From Escherichia coli phage Wa28, in the sequence record LC788710.1: DNA of 64,000 bases; one strand, written 5' to 3'. The notes under the pieces were generated by a model that did not search any database, was not told the origin of the DNA, and worked only from the letters and a program-made list of their open reading frames with translations. The translations under genes and the position numbers were made by a program. This document shows positions 1 through 11,800 of the stretch, piece by piece (the stretch's first letter is position 1; each line of letters opens with the position of its first letter).

Positions 1-25
1 TTTTTTTTTTTTTTTTTTTTTTTTT
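1..25. repeat. poly(dT) homopolymer tract, 25 nt, at window edge
   Basis: 25 consecutive T read directly; followed by stem AGAGG...CCTCT. Confidence 0.9.
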
Positions 26-45
26 GAGAGGGTGCAAAACGAACC

Positions 46-73
46 TCTTGCATTTTGCATTTTGCATTTTGCG
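46..73. repeat. tandem heptamer GCATTTT x3 plus GCGTTTT
   Basis: direct reading of gcattttgcattttgcattttgcgtttt. Confidence 0.8.
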
Positions 74-213
74 TTTTCATATTGTACATAAGAACAGCCT
101 AAGAATCAGCGAACTGTTAACATAGCAGAACACGCGTTGCGTTGCTAGGATAATCAATGTTCAGGCTTGTTTCGCAGCAATATTTTTCAGTGACAGATTG
201 CACTCCACTTATA

Positions 214-2829
214 TTACGGTAGTTCTGTAATTGTTGGAGCATTTCCGTTAAGCATTGATTTTACAAGGTTTTTCAGTTCATATAACTCATTGCGTAATAC
301 GTTAATTTCCTCCTGTTGATTATCAATCTTTGCTTTTTGCTCTTTGAATGCGTTAACAAGAAGTGCGACAACACCATTATAGTTAATGCCTTTGATTGCC
401 TCGCCTTTTGGGTCTAGCTGACCATCGTTATTCAAAGAATGAACCGCTTCCGGCAAAACCCTTTCAACATCTTGTGCGATCAATCCAGCCTCAATACTAT
501 AAACGCTGTTTTCATCTTCAATTAGATTGTTGCGCTTGTAGTAAGTATAACCAGTTAGATAATCAATTTTGTCGGATGCCGTTTCGATCTCTTTTAGATG
601 TGTTTTTAATCTAATGTCAGACCTGCTAACCCAATTTGATGCGCTACCATTTCCAGCACTATCAAAAATAAATTCAGCGCCCTTAACATAAAGATGTGTT
701 TCAGCGCCGCCAGAAGTCCACGGAACAACATCCATGCCAGCTACCCAAACTTTCCCCCAATAAACAGATTTAAATATGGCAACCGCAGAATCAAATCCAG
801 TGTGCTCAACAAGCAATCCAGACGCACGACTACGCCAGTCGGCAAATGAACCACCCTCAACTTGACCAGCAATAAGAGCGTTTGGATCACCGCGCCTAAC
901 TCCATTTACATACATACCCCTTGCGTTATCATCAACATAAGATGATATGACCCTGTAAGTGTTTATTCCTAATGGAGTCCATGCAAATATTCTCGCTGAA
1001 TCAGCAAACGCGCTTATGTGACCATCACGATCCCATTTAAGACCTGAATCATGATCCCCAATTGCTATAGAGTAATCACCAAGAGCCGATTGAGCATCCG
1101 GACTTAATAACATCAATTGCCTATCAGATCTTGCTATCCTGTACCATCCACCCCAAGAGCCAGCACTGCAAATGATACCCCATTTATTACCGTTCATTGC
1201 GGTTGCAACAATATTTCCATACTCAACATGACCGTTTGCATTTTTACCGTGAACATGCAATTCATACATCCACCAACCAGAGGCTTCAGGTGGTTGATAT
1301 GTAACAAGTTCTCCGCTTGAGTAATAACCGCTTTCTGCGTATGTTGACATAAACCCAAGAATGTTTGAATTATTAGGAATAATAATTGCTTGACCACCAA
1401 CAGGAGTATTTAAGTTCTTTCTTGCTCCAACTTCAGTATTAGATCCAGTGCCGCCAGCATCAATTGAAAGAGGAATCCATCTTCCAGTTTCATCAGTCCA
1501 AACACCCCACGCCGCATCAGGTCTAATTGTGATTCGATAAGGTGAGTTACTCCCTGGTGCATACATCATAGTTTCTGTTTCTGTTTGCTTTAAACGATCA
1601 ATGCCAAAGTTTATTTTTGCGCCCTCAACGTTTTCAGCACCAGTACCGCCAGCACCAATAGAAAGCGCAGATGTGCTGTTATTGTCATTACGCGCAACGC
1701 GCCATTCCCCATTGTTAGCGATCCGTAATTCATAAGTCCATGCAGGATTACGAAAAGAATTATAAGCGCCAGCATATTGATCTTTTACAGAATTAACAGC
1801 CTCAACTTTTAGCGCCTCCCTTGCAAGGTCTTTGTTTGCAAGATCATTAAGGTTCTGATCCTTCTTTAACGACGCTTGCATAACCTGTTCTGCTGATGCA
1901 GCCGCTGTCTCCGCTCTATCTGCTGCACTGGTGGCATTAGTAGCTTTCTCTCCTGCTATTGTAGCGCTACCAGCGGCCTCCAGGGCCTTGTCTGTTGCTG
2001 TCGTTGCAGCAGTAGTGGCGGTATTTTTAAATACCTCTGCTTCGTCTCTGTAGCCTTTGGTTGTGGTCATCGCTTGCGTAGCTGTATTCGCACTACCTGA
2101 TGCACTTTGCTGAGCTAGCTTAGCAGCGTCTTCACTAGCTTTTGAGTTAATTTCACTAGTCTTTGTATTAGTTTCTGAGTTTTTTGCTGCTAATGCTGAT
2201 GTGGAGGCTTGTGCAGCGAATGCTTCTGCTTCATCCCTGAATCCTTTGGAGTCAGAAGCAGAGGCAGCGGAATCAGCAGCATTAGTCTCACTAGTTTTTG
2301 CTGCTGCTGCATATGCTGCTGCATTAGTCTCACTAGTTTTTGCATTAGTCTCACTAGTTTTTGCATTAATCTCACTAGTTTTTGCTGCAGCTGATGATTC
2401 TATAGCAGTAGTTTCACTAATTTTTGCTGCAGCTGATGATTCTGCAGCTTTAGTAGCGGATGCAGCAGATTGAGAAGCAGAAATAGCAGACTGAGAAGCA
2501 GAAGCTTCAGAAGCTTCAGCAGAAATAGCAGATTCATTCTCAGAATTCTTAGCATTAAGTTCTGAAGTCTTAGCAGCTATCTCGGAGTCTTTTGCAGTAG
2601 TAGCGTATTCTCCCGCCTCTGTAGCAGAACCAGCAGCAGCAATAGCCTGATTGGTAGACTCAGTAGCAGAAGCAGCAGAGGCCTCAACAGCCCCTGTTAG
2701 TTCACTAGCAGTAATAGAACTAATAGAAGTACCTAAAACTACCGTATACTTAGGGTATTTACTAGCAGTAGTTGTAGTGTCATCTATGTTCAGAATCTGC
2801 TGTACAATAATTTTAGTTTTAAGTGCCAT
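214..2829 (-). CDS. ltf: L-shaped tail fiber protein (pb1-like) with Ala/Ser/Thr-rich repeat shaft and C-terminal intramolecular chaperone (S74-type autoprocessing) domain
   Basis: 871 aa ORF; repeated AKTSETN-like units; C-terminal SDIRLK motif followed by coiled-coil typical of self-cleaving fiber chaperone domains; position at end of tail module. Confidence 0.75.
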   Translation of the reverse strand: MALKTKIIVQQILNIDDTTTTASKYPKYTVVLGTSISSITASELTGAVEASAASATESTNQAIAAAGSATEAGEYATTAKDSEIAAKTSELNAKNSENESAISAEASEASASQSAISASQSAASATKAAESSAAAKISETTAIESSAAAKTSEINAKTSETNAKTSETNAAAYAAAAKTSETNAADSAASASDSKGFRDEAEAFAAQASTSALAAKNSETNTKTSEINSKASEDAAKLAQQSASGSANTATQAMTTTKGYRDEAEVFKNTATTAATTATDKALEAAGSATIAGEKATNATSAADRAETAAASAEQVMQASLKKDQNLNDLANKDLAREALKVEAVNSVKDQYAGAYNSFRNPAWTYELRIANNGEWRVARNDNNSTSALSIGAGGTGAENVEGAKINFGIDRLKQTETETMMYAPGSNSPYRITIRPDAAWGVWTDETGRWIPLSIDAGGTGSNTEVGARKNLNTPVGGQAIIIPNNSNILGFMSTYAESGYYSSGELVTYQPPEASGWWMYELHVHGKNANGHVEYGNIVATAMNGNKWGIICSAGSWGGWYRIARSDRQLMLLSPDAQSALGDYSIAIGDHDSGLKWDRDGHISAFADSARIFAWTPLGINTYRVISSYVDDNARGMYVNGVRRGDPNALIAGQVEGGSFADWRSRASGLLVEHTGFDSAVAIFKSVYWGKVWVAGMDVVPWTSGGAETHLYVKGAEFIFDSAGNGSASNWVSRSDIRLKTHLKEIETASDKIDYLTGYTYYKRNNLIEDENSVYSIEAGLIAQDVERVLPEAVHSLNNDGQLDPKGEAIKGINYNGVVALLVNAFKEQKAKIDNQQEEINVLRNELYELKNLVKSMLNGNAPTITELP
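2270..2440. repeat. tandem ~21-bp DNA repeats (gcattagtctcactagttttt x4 and gctgcagctgatgattct x2) inside tail fiber gene
   Basis: direct reading; units are in frame and encode the repeated ETNAKTS-type peptide. Confidence 0.8.
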
Positions 2830-3251
2830 TATTGAGTTACTCCATCGCTGATGTATACTTTACCTTCCATAATACGGAAAGAATTGACTTCAGAGCCAAT
2901 TACATCACGAGTCATTAGGATATCATAATAACCAGCAAAACGTTGTCTTGGGTTATACTTATCACGTTCTTTAGATGCTTTTTCACCAATATTAGTAGTG
3001 TCTGCAATGGAAAGACTAATTGCAGCAGCACCTTGAGCAGCATCAATAACATGAGTTTTAAAATTAGCTAGAACCTCGGCGTTCTCATCTAAACTAGATT
3101 TAATAGTTCCTCTGAGTGAATACCCTGTCAAGTTAACAGGAAATTCTGTTGGCGGATATACGCTATCATCAACATCCATAAATTGCATGATAAGACTATA
3201 AGGCACTTTCTCATCAACAACAATATCAATAACTCGGTTTTCTGTACTCAT
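2829..3251 (-). CDS. tail fiber-associated collar protein (p132-like)
   Basis: 140 aa ORF; stop overlaps ltf start (TAATG); synteny between pb4-like and ltf. Confidence 0.45.
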   Translation of the reverse strand: MSTENRVIDIVVDEKVPYSLIMQFMDVDDSVYPPTEFPVNLTGYSLRGTIKSSLDENAEVLANFKTHVIDAAQGAAAISLSIADTTNIGEKASKERDKYNPRQRFAGYYDILMTRDVIGSEVNSFRIMEGKVYISDGVTQ

Positions 3252-3256
3252 TATAA

Positions 3257-5314
3257 TTACCTTATATGGATATACCCACTATTTAGGTCTATCTTCATCT
3301 TGTAGTATGCTTCAGGGTTTCCTGATAACGCAGCATTTCTATCGTAGATTATATTAACACCTATTTGTGATAAGAAGGCATTTCCTGCCACAATCTTATC
3401 AGCAGTTACAGTTCCATTAACAATCATGTTGCCATGAAGAACCATTGCAGGGTTAATCCATCCAGCCCCGTTCCATTGACGGGTAAATGCTGTTTGTGGA
3501 GCATTACTGTTAAATTGTGTTAGAACATCGTATTTAACCGGAGGTTTTCCAAAGTTATTTTGAAAGAATGCGTTAGCTTGTCCATCATCCCAACCGCCTA
3601 ATCCAGGAATACCCATGGAGTACATCCCAGGACCACGCTGTCCATCATGTCCTATAGTACCTTCAGTACCACTCCATTGAACTACATCAGACCAGCTAGT
3701 ACCTTCAAGAAGTTTGTTAGTAACTGGATCAAGTGTACCTGTAGTCGCATAGATATTTTGTGTCATATCTGTACGATTAGGTGGAGTTTTTGACCAACCA
3801 GGAGGTGGATAATCTTGTTCTAACGGTTTGGCCGGTAAAGATGTTGCTAACTTATAAACAAATACTGTTTGCTTACCTTGTAAACCAGTTCCAATATCTA
3901 CGTCACCATTTGGTGTTCCAATTACTACACCACTAGAAATACGCAGAGTAGTACCATCATAACGTATCCATTGTGTAGCATTACCAATGTCTAACTTAGC
4001 TTTGGCAGAGGTATTATCCATACCCATCCAAATACCAGAGTTATTATCTCCCCAAGATTTACCTTGAGTATAAATTGCTGGATTATCTTTACCAGATAAG
4101 TTAGTCATGATAAAGTTCGCAGCATTAATATCTCTAGTAATTACTTTACCATCGACGTTAACAACACGATTTATAGGGTCGAAAGAAATAGGTGCTTTTC
4201 CTTCTTCATCTAGCAGACCAATGTTAATAGCACCAGTAGCTGCATCAATTAAGAATGTCTGTCTCCAGATTTCTCCATCTTTCATACTACCCTTAATAAA
4301 GGCATAGTTAACATCAATACCAGTCTCATTGACAAAACTATTATCTAGAGGAGTATCTTCATTCAATATAAATGTTACAGGAGCTGATTCTGTTATATCT
4401 TGCTTATTTGGTCCCCAGGCAATTGATGAAACCTTAAAGGTATGTTCAACTTTCCATGGGAATGATATAATCGTTGCAGCTCTAGCAGCACCCACGTTTA
4501 TCTTTTGAGCTTTAGCCCATCCGGTTTTAGCGTATTCCTCGGAGTTTATATAAGTAACCAAGAACTCACGAACGTTAGCACCAGCACCACGTTCCCATTC
4601 CCACTCAATTCTAACATCATATCGTTCTTTACCATCAGCAATTCGTGCAGCTTTAAAAACAATATCGATAGGTGCAGTAGGTGGAACAAAGTTATAAGCT
4701 ACAGTTAGAATATTAGGAAACTCGTAGTATCCTGAAGAATCAACTGTAACACCATCAGGCATAGTTACTTGACCAGATATTCTGATCTTATAGTCTCCGA
4801 TAGGAACTCCACCAAATTTAATAGTAGAACCTAAAGCCCCAATATAATATTTAGTCCAAGGACTGTCTTCAGTGGCTGTACTTTTTAACTCAATAGTACA
4901 GTAACTTGCTTCACCAGTTGTTTCCACAACAACTATCGGTGCGCCCACCCCAACATCCGCAGGTTCTGACTCAGATCTTGCTGCGACAATTATTGGCTTC
5001 TCTTTTGTTTTAAAGTTAGTTTCATTAGAGAGGTTAATACCAATTTTTGCATTTAAAAGTTCTGAGTCAATAATCGAGTCATAAAAAGCTCCCTGAACCT
5101 GATAGGTAGTTGAGGGAGTTAAATTATTGATCATAACAAAGAAAGTGTCGATTCCAGTGAAATCTCTTCTATCCACTTCTTCGCCAAGTTTAAGCCAGAA
5201 TGATCTACCGATAACATCGTAGTCGGTATAGATAGAATGCTGGATATACGCCATCGTATACCCAGTCATAATACTATTTAAGACCATCTTGGCTGGTGCA
5301 TTATTCGAAATCAT
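3257..5314 (-). CDS. baseplate / tail tip protein (pb4-like)
   Basis: 685 aa ORF; synteny downstream of hub protein. Confidence 0.55.
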   Translation of the reverse strand: MISNNAPAKMVLNSIMTGYTMAYIQHSIYTDYDVIGRSFWLKLGEEVDRRDFTGIDTFFVMINNLTPSTTYQVQGAFYDSIIDSELLNAKIGINLSNETNFKTKEKPIIVAARSESEPADVGVGAPIVVVETTGEASYCTIELKSTATEDSPWTKYYIGALGSTIKFGGVPIGDYKIRISGQVTMPDGVTVDSSGYYEFPNILTVAYNFVPPTAPIDIVFKAARIADGKERYDVRIEWEWERGAGANVREFLVTYINSEEYAKTGWAKAQKINVGAARAATIISFPWKVEHTFKVSSIAWGPNKQDITESAPVTFILNEDTPLDNSFVNETGIDVNYAFIKGSMKDGEIWRQTFLIDAATGAINIGLLDEEGKAPISFDPINRVVNVDGKVITRDINAANFIMTNLSGKDNPAIYTQGKSWGDNNSGIWMGMDNTSAKAKLDIGNATQWIRYDGTTLRISSGVVIGTPNGDVDIGTGLQGKQTVFVYKLATSLPAKPLEQDYPPPGWSKTPPNRTDMTQNIYATTGTLDPVTNKLLEGTSWSDVVQWSGTEGTIGHDGQRGPGMYSMGIPGLGGWDDGQANAFFQNNFGKPPVKYDVLTQFNSNAPQTAFTRQWNGAGWINPAMVLHGNMIVNGTVTADKIVAGNAFLSQIGVNIIYDRNAALSGNPEAYYKMKIDLNSGYIHIR

Positions 5315-8164
5315 TTAAATAGATGCCCAATCCACAGATTGCTCGCCATTATCACCTTCTGCTCTTATACGGAAGCGTAACTTCCTATTAATACCCAGAG
5401 CATCCTCATTATGAAGAGCATAGTCTGCCTTATTGTATATCAGTAGATAATCGTAGACATACTGATCTTCAATTCGTACACTTCTTAATAAACGATCTAG
5501 GTTATCGTAGATTTCGAGAGTGTAGAAGATTCCATCAATGATATCTTCTTCTGGAATTCTATCCCAGGCCAATTTAACGTCTGGTCCTACAAACTCCGAA
5601 GCATCTCCTGAAGCTGTATTAGTAACCCTGAAGTTACTAACGACGCTTAAGTTTTTAGCAGAGTTAAGTTCTACCGATAGTGTTACAGGAGAACTTCGTC
5701 TACCATTAATATCTACAGCTCTAATCTCAAAGACTGCTAAACCAGCAGGTTCTCCAATAATTTCTTGGATCATTCGTAGATTTGGATTAGTTTCTAGTTG
5801 CTGTACTATATAAGGATCAGCATGCCCAGAGTGAACGATGGAGTAATAAACAACGTTATTAGTTAAGCTAGGAAGCCAAGATAGCTCACCATTCTTACCA
5901 ATAGATCCTACTTGTCCACCCGGTGTTGGTGTATACATAAAGTCTCTAGGAGGCAGTACGTTATTACTAACATCAGGGATATCGTTACCACTATTATCAA
6001 CCTGCTCGGAGTTAATGAATACATCCTCACCGTACTCTTGCAGTGTAATATTAATCTTACCTTCTCTAGAGTTTTCAACTTCATCAACTAGGAAGTATTT
6101 CTTGTCCCAACCATAACGACCGTATGTAAAAGCAATCGGATCGTTAGGCTCAATGCCTATGAAATGATATGGTAATGAGAATGTGAGAGTTCGTGAGTAA
6201 CGAGACTTTTTCAGTTCTCTATCTGCAAAGCTACGCGCAGTATAGTAGTTAGTGATGTTTGCAAAAGAAAGCTGAAGTTTTTTATCTAACCCTTTATCTT
6301 GCTCCTTAAATATAGAGTTAAAGAATGTAATGGAGTTAGTTTTCCAGCTTAATGCGGGATCTAATATAGAGGCCTGTACTGAGTTAAACTTATTTCTACC
6401 AGTAGTATCTGATAGCTCCAGATCACCATAGGTATCTAAGAAGTCAATCTCCAGTGGAGTATTCGAGAACTTCTCAACAGTTATTCTATACTGACCAGAT
6501 AAGTTGTTGATAGCACCTCCATAAGACTCTATTAATCCCTGCACGTTTTTAAATACTGACTCAGAGGTATCGAGAATAGTATTCATTTGAACTATTTGTC
6601 TATTCTCTCCTACAGCATCAGTCCATCCAACATATCTCCAGTAGGGTTGCCAAGAAACCTGATAGGATTCATCAATGATATCCAGGATAGCTGCTTCTTG
6701 AATAAGTTGCTGGAGAGGGAACTGATCAATAGTAATATTAGCACCGTAGCGGTCAGAGGTTAGGTAGTCCAGAGTTTGCCAGATACCATTTAAGCTAGTC
6801 TTATCAGCAGTTACTCTACCATCTGAATGATAGATCTTAATCTTCTTACCTTGAACTTCAGCGCTAACTTCTGGAATTTCTGTTCTGTTTTCATTAATAG
6901 TAAAGCGAACAATAGCATAAGCAGTATCTAACAGTTTATAACGAGAGTCCCAGTATTCCGGTCCATTCTCATTCATGTTCTGTAGATAGAAACCTTTCTC
7001 TTTTGCAATGTTAACTAGAACATCAGCAGCAGATTGATCAGCCTTACCATGATAAGTCCAGATACGGATATCGCCATTACCATCATTATACTTATATTCC
7101 TGTCCATGAACAGAAGGTTCAGAGCTTGGTTGACCAGAAGCAATACGTTTCATGGTATCACCAGCTACTTTCTTAGTACCAAAGCAAGTACGAGACTTAC
7201 TATCATTAGGATCAATACAGATCATTGGTACATCACCAAAGTAAAAATCTAGGAACCCATCAATCTCACCTTCACAGAAAGCGTATACTATATATACGAT
7301 ATTAGGATTATGCAGTTCAGTATCTGCAAATACTGGGATTCCAGGAATTTTCTGAACTCCATATACTACTGGCAGGAATTTAGCAGCTAAGTTAAAATCA
7401 AGATCTACTTCCTTAGTTACAGTCTCATAATATTTCTTTAGACTATAGCTTCTAGAAAGACCAAATAATTTTTTCTTAGATTGTAACTTATAACGTTCTT
7501 CCTGAACCTGATACTTAGCAAGAATAGAGATACTCTTGTTAGCGTGGAAGAACCCGTAGTCTTCTTGATATTCAGGTCGCTTAGCACCATTAGACGGAAC
7601 TAATTGGCCGGCAACAATCTCAAGCCCTCTATGGTCAGCATCATCTGTGAAACGTCCATTTACTCTATCAAAGTCATAGAATTGGTTTGAACAGTTCCAT
7701 GTAATAACGGATGTACTAACTCCAGAAGTACCAATGTTATCCTTAATACCACCACCAGTAATTTTACCACGGAAGTAAAGTAAAGGACCATTAGTGTCTG
7801 GATCTACAGGAAGAATATTACCTTCTTCATCAATAACCGCTTGATGGATTGAAATAGATCTATCTAGGAAGGATACACCATTTTGGACTAGTTTTAATAC
7901 TTCATCCTCAGCAGTACCTGTGATAGTAAAAGAAAGGCTACCAATGGAAAGTTTTCTATTTTGTTTATGTGTTGTTATAGACTTAACTTTACCGGATGTG
8001 TAAAGAATACCATTATAAATTACATCCCTAAAATAGTCTGTAAGATAAATGTACGCAGAACTTGATCCGGTAGAGCTTGGCAATTCAAGAGTAATAAGGC
8101 ATGCAGTTTTTATTTTATTATTGGTTCTTAAATACTCTCTTGCACTGTCAAGAATTTTCTTCAT
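5315..8164 (-). CDS. baseplate hub protein (pb3-like)
   Basis: 949 aa ORF immediately after distal tail protein; size and position as recalled for T5 pb3. Confidence 0.6.
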   Translation of the reverse strand: MKKILDSAREYLRTNNKIKTACLITLELPSSTGSSSAYIYLTDYFRDVIYNGILYTSGKVKSITTHKQNRKLSIGSLSFTITGTAEDEVLKLVQNGVSFLDRSISIHQAVIDEEGNILPVDPDTNGPLLYFRGKITGGGIKDNIGTSGVSTSVITWNCSNQFYDFDRVNGRFTDDADHRGLEIVAGQLVPSNGAKRPEYQEDYGFFHANKSISILAKYQVQEERYKLQSKKKLFGLSRSYSLKKYYETVTKEVDLDFNLAAKFLPVVYGVQKIPGIPVFADTELHNPNIVYIVYAFCEGEIDGFLDFYFGDVPMICIDPNDSKSRTCFGTKKVAGDTMKRIASGQPSSEPSVHGQEYKYNDGNGDIRIWTYHGKADQSAADVLVNIAKEKGFYLQNMNENGPEYWDSRYKLLDTAYAIVRFTINENRTEIPEVSAEVQGKKIKIYHSDGRVTADKTSLNGIWQTLDYLTSDRYGANITIDQFPLQQLIQEAAILDIIDESYQVSWQPYWRYVGWTDAVGENRQIVQMNTILDTSESVFKNVQGLIESYGGAINNLSGQYRITVEKFSNTPLEIDFLDTYGDLELSDTTGRNKFNSVQASILDPALSWKTNSITFFNSIFKEQDKGLDKKLQLSFANITNYYTARSFADRELKKSRYSRTLTFSLPYHFIGIEPNDPIAFTYGRYGWDKKYFLVDEVENSREGKINITLQEYGEDVFINSEQVDNSGNDIPDVSNNVLPPRDFMYTPTPGGQVGSIGKNGELSWLPSLTNNVVYYSIVHSGHADPYIVQQLETNPNLRMIQEIIGEPAGLAVFEIRAVDINGRRSSPVTLSVELNSAKNLSVVSNFRVTNTASGDASEFVGPDVKLAWDRIPEEDIIDGIFYTLEIYDNLDRLLRSVRIEDQYVYDYLLIYNKADYALHNEDALGINRKLRFRIRAEGDNGEQSVDWASI

Positions 8165-8775
8165 AGACTTTCCCTCAAGGAAAGTGAAATACCAGTATAT
8201 GTACCATTACTATTTAACGTAGAGCCAAAACTGTCTCCGTTCATTAATTTAGTTCTAAACAGAATACCATTAAATACCGGTTTCTCACTACCCGTAGTAG
8301 TAATGAATAGATCAGGATAAACACTTATATTCCAAGTATTTCCTGCTGTGTTGATAGAAGTGATTTTGTACACTTTTGGATGGTTGGACAATTTAAATAA
8401 ATCGCCTGGTTTAGGCAGTCCACGAAGTGTACCTTTAGTGTCCATAATAACTATTGAACCTTTTTGTCCGGCAGGAATATTTACAGCACTAGTATCACCA
8501 CGAACTCGGAAAGCCTCATATTGTGGTAATAACACATCAATATAGCTACCTGTTCTTTTATAATCTAGAATGAATGAGTCTAATTTAGCAAATTCATCTG
8601 GGAATAATTCTGGATAAGAGATATTAATACCCCAATATTGAGCAGACACCTTAACCTCCCTAACTTTACCATTAGGTAATTCATCACGAATCATAGGGTC
8701 ATTGTCTACTAAGTTAACGCTTTCAAAACCTAACCCTGATAGCTCTGGGTTCGTGTATGGGTCTGGTAGTCTCAT
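8161..8775 (-). CDS. distal tail protein (pb9-like)
   Basis: 204 aa ORF directly downstream of tape measure gene. Confidence 0.55.
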   Translation of the reverse strand: MRLPDPYTNPELSGLGFESVNLVDNDPMIRDELPNGKVREVKVSAQYWGINISYPELFPDEFAKLDSFILDYKRTGSYIDVLLPQYEAFRVRGDTSAVNIPAGQKGSIVIMDTKGTLRGLPKPGDLFKLSNHPKVYKITSINTAGNTWNISVYPDLFITTTGSEKPVFNGILFRTKLMNGDSFGSTLNSNGTYTGISLSLRESL

Positions 8776-8883
8776 AGTTAATTTCTCCTCTTAATAACAA
8801 TATTATAATAGGATTGGAAAATTTTATCAAGAAATTTTTATTTTTCCATAAAGAAAAGGAGGACATAAAGTCCTCCTCCAGTA

Positions 8884-11800
8884 TTAAGAATTACCAAGTG
8901 ATTTCAGGGTGGTTCCATTCTCATTAAGAGCCTGTTCTACGGCATCCCTGAAAGCAGCACTGTTGCTCGAAGCAAAGTCTCGGAAGCTAGCCGCATCCAT
9001 CGTACTGATGTTCAGCACAATAGGTCTACCCGATGTACCCTTTGAAGATCCTTTGAGTTCATCAGTAGGAGTAGCCTTCATCGGAACCATAGGAGTGATT
9101 ACTTCGGTACCATGCTCACCCATCTGGTAACTAACTCCAGGATACATATTACCACCTTCTGCACGAGGTACGAAAGAGTTAGCATTACCAATCCCTTGAT
9201 CCCCTCGAATATAAGAAAGTTCTCCTGCGTTAGCCGACATAGAAACGTCTACGTTCTTCTGGCGCTCTCCAAGAGTTAAGTAACCAGCTGTCTCAGCACC
9301 AGAGTCCCCAATAGAAGACATACCAGATGCAGAGGATGCTTGAGCAAGAGCCATAGCACCTGCTAAACCAGCCGCAACCATCAGAGGAATAGAAAATGGG
9401 TATGGAACAGCTGTTGCTGCTTGCATCACCGCTACTGCCGTCTGGATAATGATTTGCTTCTTAGCTGCATCTTGCTGGATCTTGAGCTTTTCAGCCTCTA
9501 ACTTCTTGATCTTAGCTTTGGATTGCTCAGATTTACCATCACGTTTCTGTTCTGCTGCAATAGCTGCATCAATAGCACTTACCTGTTGACCAACACTATA
9601 CTGAATCATTGAAGACACAGTTTGCATACCAGCAGCAACTAAAGATGTAGTATCCAGAGATCCCTGAGAGAACTGAATCATAGCATTAGTTAGGTTACCC
9701 ATACTTTGTGCCACTGCAGTTGCTTCAGAGTTCAGCTCGGATAGTTTAGAGATAGCCTGGTCATAGGATGCCATTCTATTCTGCATATCCGCGAAAGCTT
9801 TGTCATCTCCAGATAGTCCAGTTGTAGGTGTATATGTAGCTCCTACAGATGAACCTACTTGTTGTTGCATTTGAGCATTTCTTTGGGCTGCTAATGCGGA
9901 CATTTGTGCTTGAGTTTTTGATATCTCAGAATTCCATCGCATCTGTTCATCCGCATTACCTTTAGTAAACTCTTTCATTTGTTTATAGAATTCTAACTGC
10001 ATTTCCATCTTTTGCATTTCCCCTGCTAGAGGGTACATGCCAGTTAATGTATTCTCAAATGCTTCCTGTCTTTTTGCTGCAACTCTGGATATATTATCTA
10101 ACCTAGCTTTCCAGATTTCACGCTCAATCTGTGCCTGAGCACGTCTTGATTGTTCAGCTTCCTTCTGCTTATCAATCTGCTTGGAGTACCACACATACTT
10201 CTCTTTCTCGATAGTCAGTTCAAGGTTCAACTGAGCTAAACGATATTGAGTATCTGTCATAGTACGGTTATTCAGGAGAGCTATTTCACGATCAACACCA
10301 AGAATCTTATCCGTATAGTCCTTAACTTTCTTCTGAGCTTCCATGTCCTGGTTAGTAATTTTTATACGTTCTAACTGAACCTTAGCTATTTCATTCTCAA
10401 TTGCCTTGTTACCCTTGTTAGTTTCTAGGACACGCTTAAGAGCTGCTTCCTGTTCTTCTAACTGTTGGATTTCTAGACGTCTACCCGCTTCCTGTGCTTT
10501 CTCTTTATCCTTGGTCTGGTTGTACACTTCGGCAATCTTCTGCTGAACTTCTAACTGATTCTTAGTCTCATTACCAGTTAATTTTACGTAACCAGCAAGA
10601 GCTTGTGAAGCAGTCTTCATCTCACTAAGAGTATTATACCCTAAGTTCAGGCTCTTAACATACTCATCAGCATTTTTACCAGTACCCGCAGAAAGAGACT
10701 CAATAGTCTTAATCGTATCTGATAGGGATGCACTAGTTTTAGCCGCAGTATTAGTATTCTGAGCGATGTTCTGGATATCGTTAGCTAAGTCACTGGCAGT
10801 TTTCTTAGCTTGGTCATACGCTTTCTGCTGTTCTGTCAATCCTTTCAGAGTTGCAGAGTTAAAGTCATAAACCGCATCCGGGTCATTTGCATCTTTCTGT
10901 AGGTTAATTTGCTTCTGGAATGCTGTATTAGATTTGGCTGCGGCAGCACCAGCAGCTTGGTATGCCGATTTCCATGCATTAAGATTGCCAGTTGAATCCT
11001 CTACTTCCTTATCAAGACGCTCTACCTGGAGAGCTAATGCAGCAGTATCTGCAATGAATTTCTGGTTTTCTTCAGAAGATCCTATGCGAACTCCTCCTAC
11101 TTCAAAACCTCCTGCAGCTAACCCTACCGGTGCACCTTGAGCAACTAAACGAATAGCCCCTGCTGTAGATGCATCTGCTTGCTGCATACGCTTGTCTAGA
11201 TCAGCTTTTAACTTATTACGCTTTTCTAGAGATTCTTTGTACATATCAAGAGCTTTATTATATCCTTCCTCAGAAGCGGAAAGACTTAAAGCTACAGCAC
11301 CAACGTTAGCTGGGTCAATCTGGCGGTTAGTTTCTTCCTGTGCTCTAGCAGCAGAGGCCGAGATAGATGCTTGAGAAGTATAGAACACTGCGTTGATAGA
11401 ATCAATTACTGGCCCTAAATACTTAGCAGCAGCCTGTTGAACCTTTCTCAGTGCAGCATCAGCATTAGCAGCAAACTGTTCCCAGGGGGTTGCACGAAGT
11501 ACATCATCAAGATAGCCGAAACGTTTAGTAGATTCAGCGATAACTGCGTTAGCATATGCTTGTTGCTTCTGGAAAGTAGAGAGACTATTAACGTTATATG
11601 TAATACCTGTGTTAGCAGCATTTAACTGTTTAACGTAGTCTGCGTAAGCATCGTTAAGACGAATAGTAACACCAAGTTCGTCCAGAAGTTCGATTTCTTG
11701 TTTAGATACACCCTTGATTACACGGTTAAGTGCATCAGTCATATCAACACCAAGAACAGCAGCAGCACGACGAGCTACTAGACCAAATTTATTAAGTTGT

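Noticed and set aside
2201-2473. Plus-strand ORFs (90 aa and 61 aa) inside the tail fiber gene
   Set aside because: Low-complexity shadow ORFs created by the repetitive Ala/Ser coding sequence on the opposite strand; no RBS or promoter.
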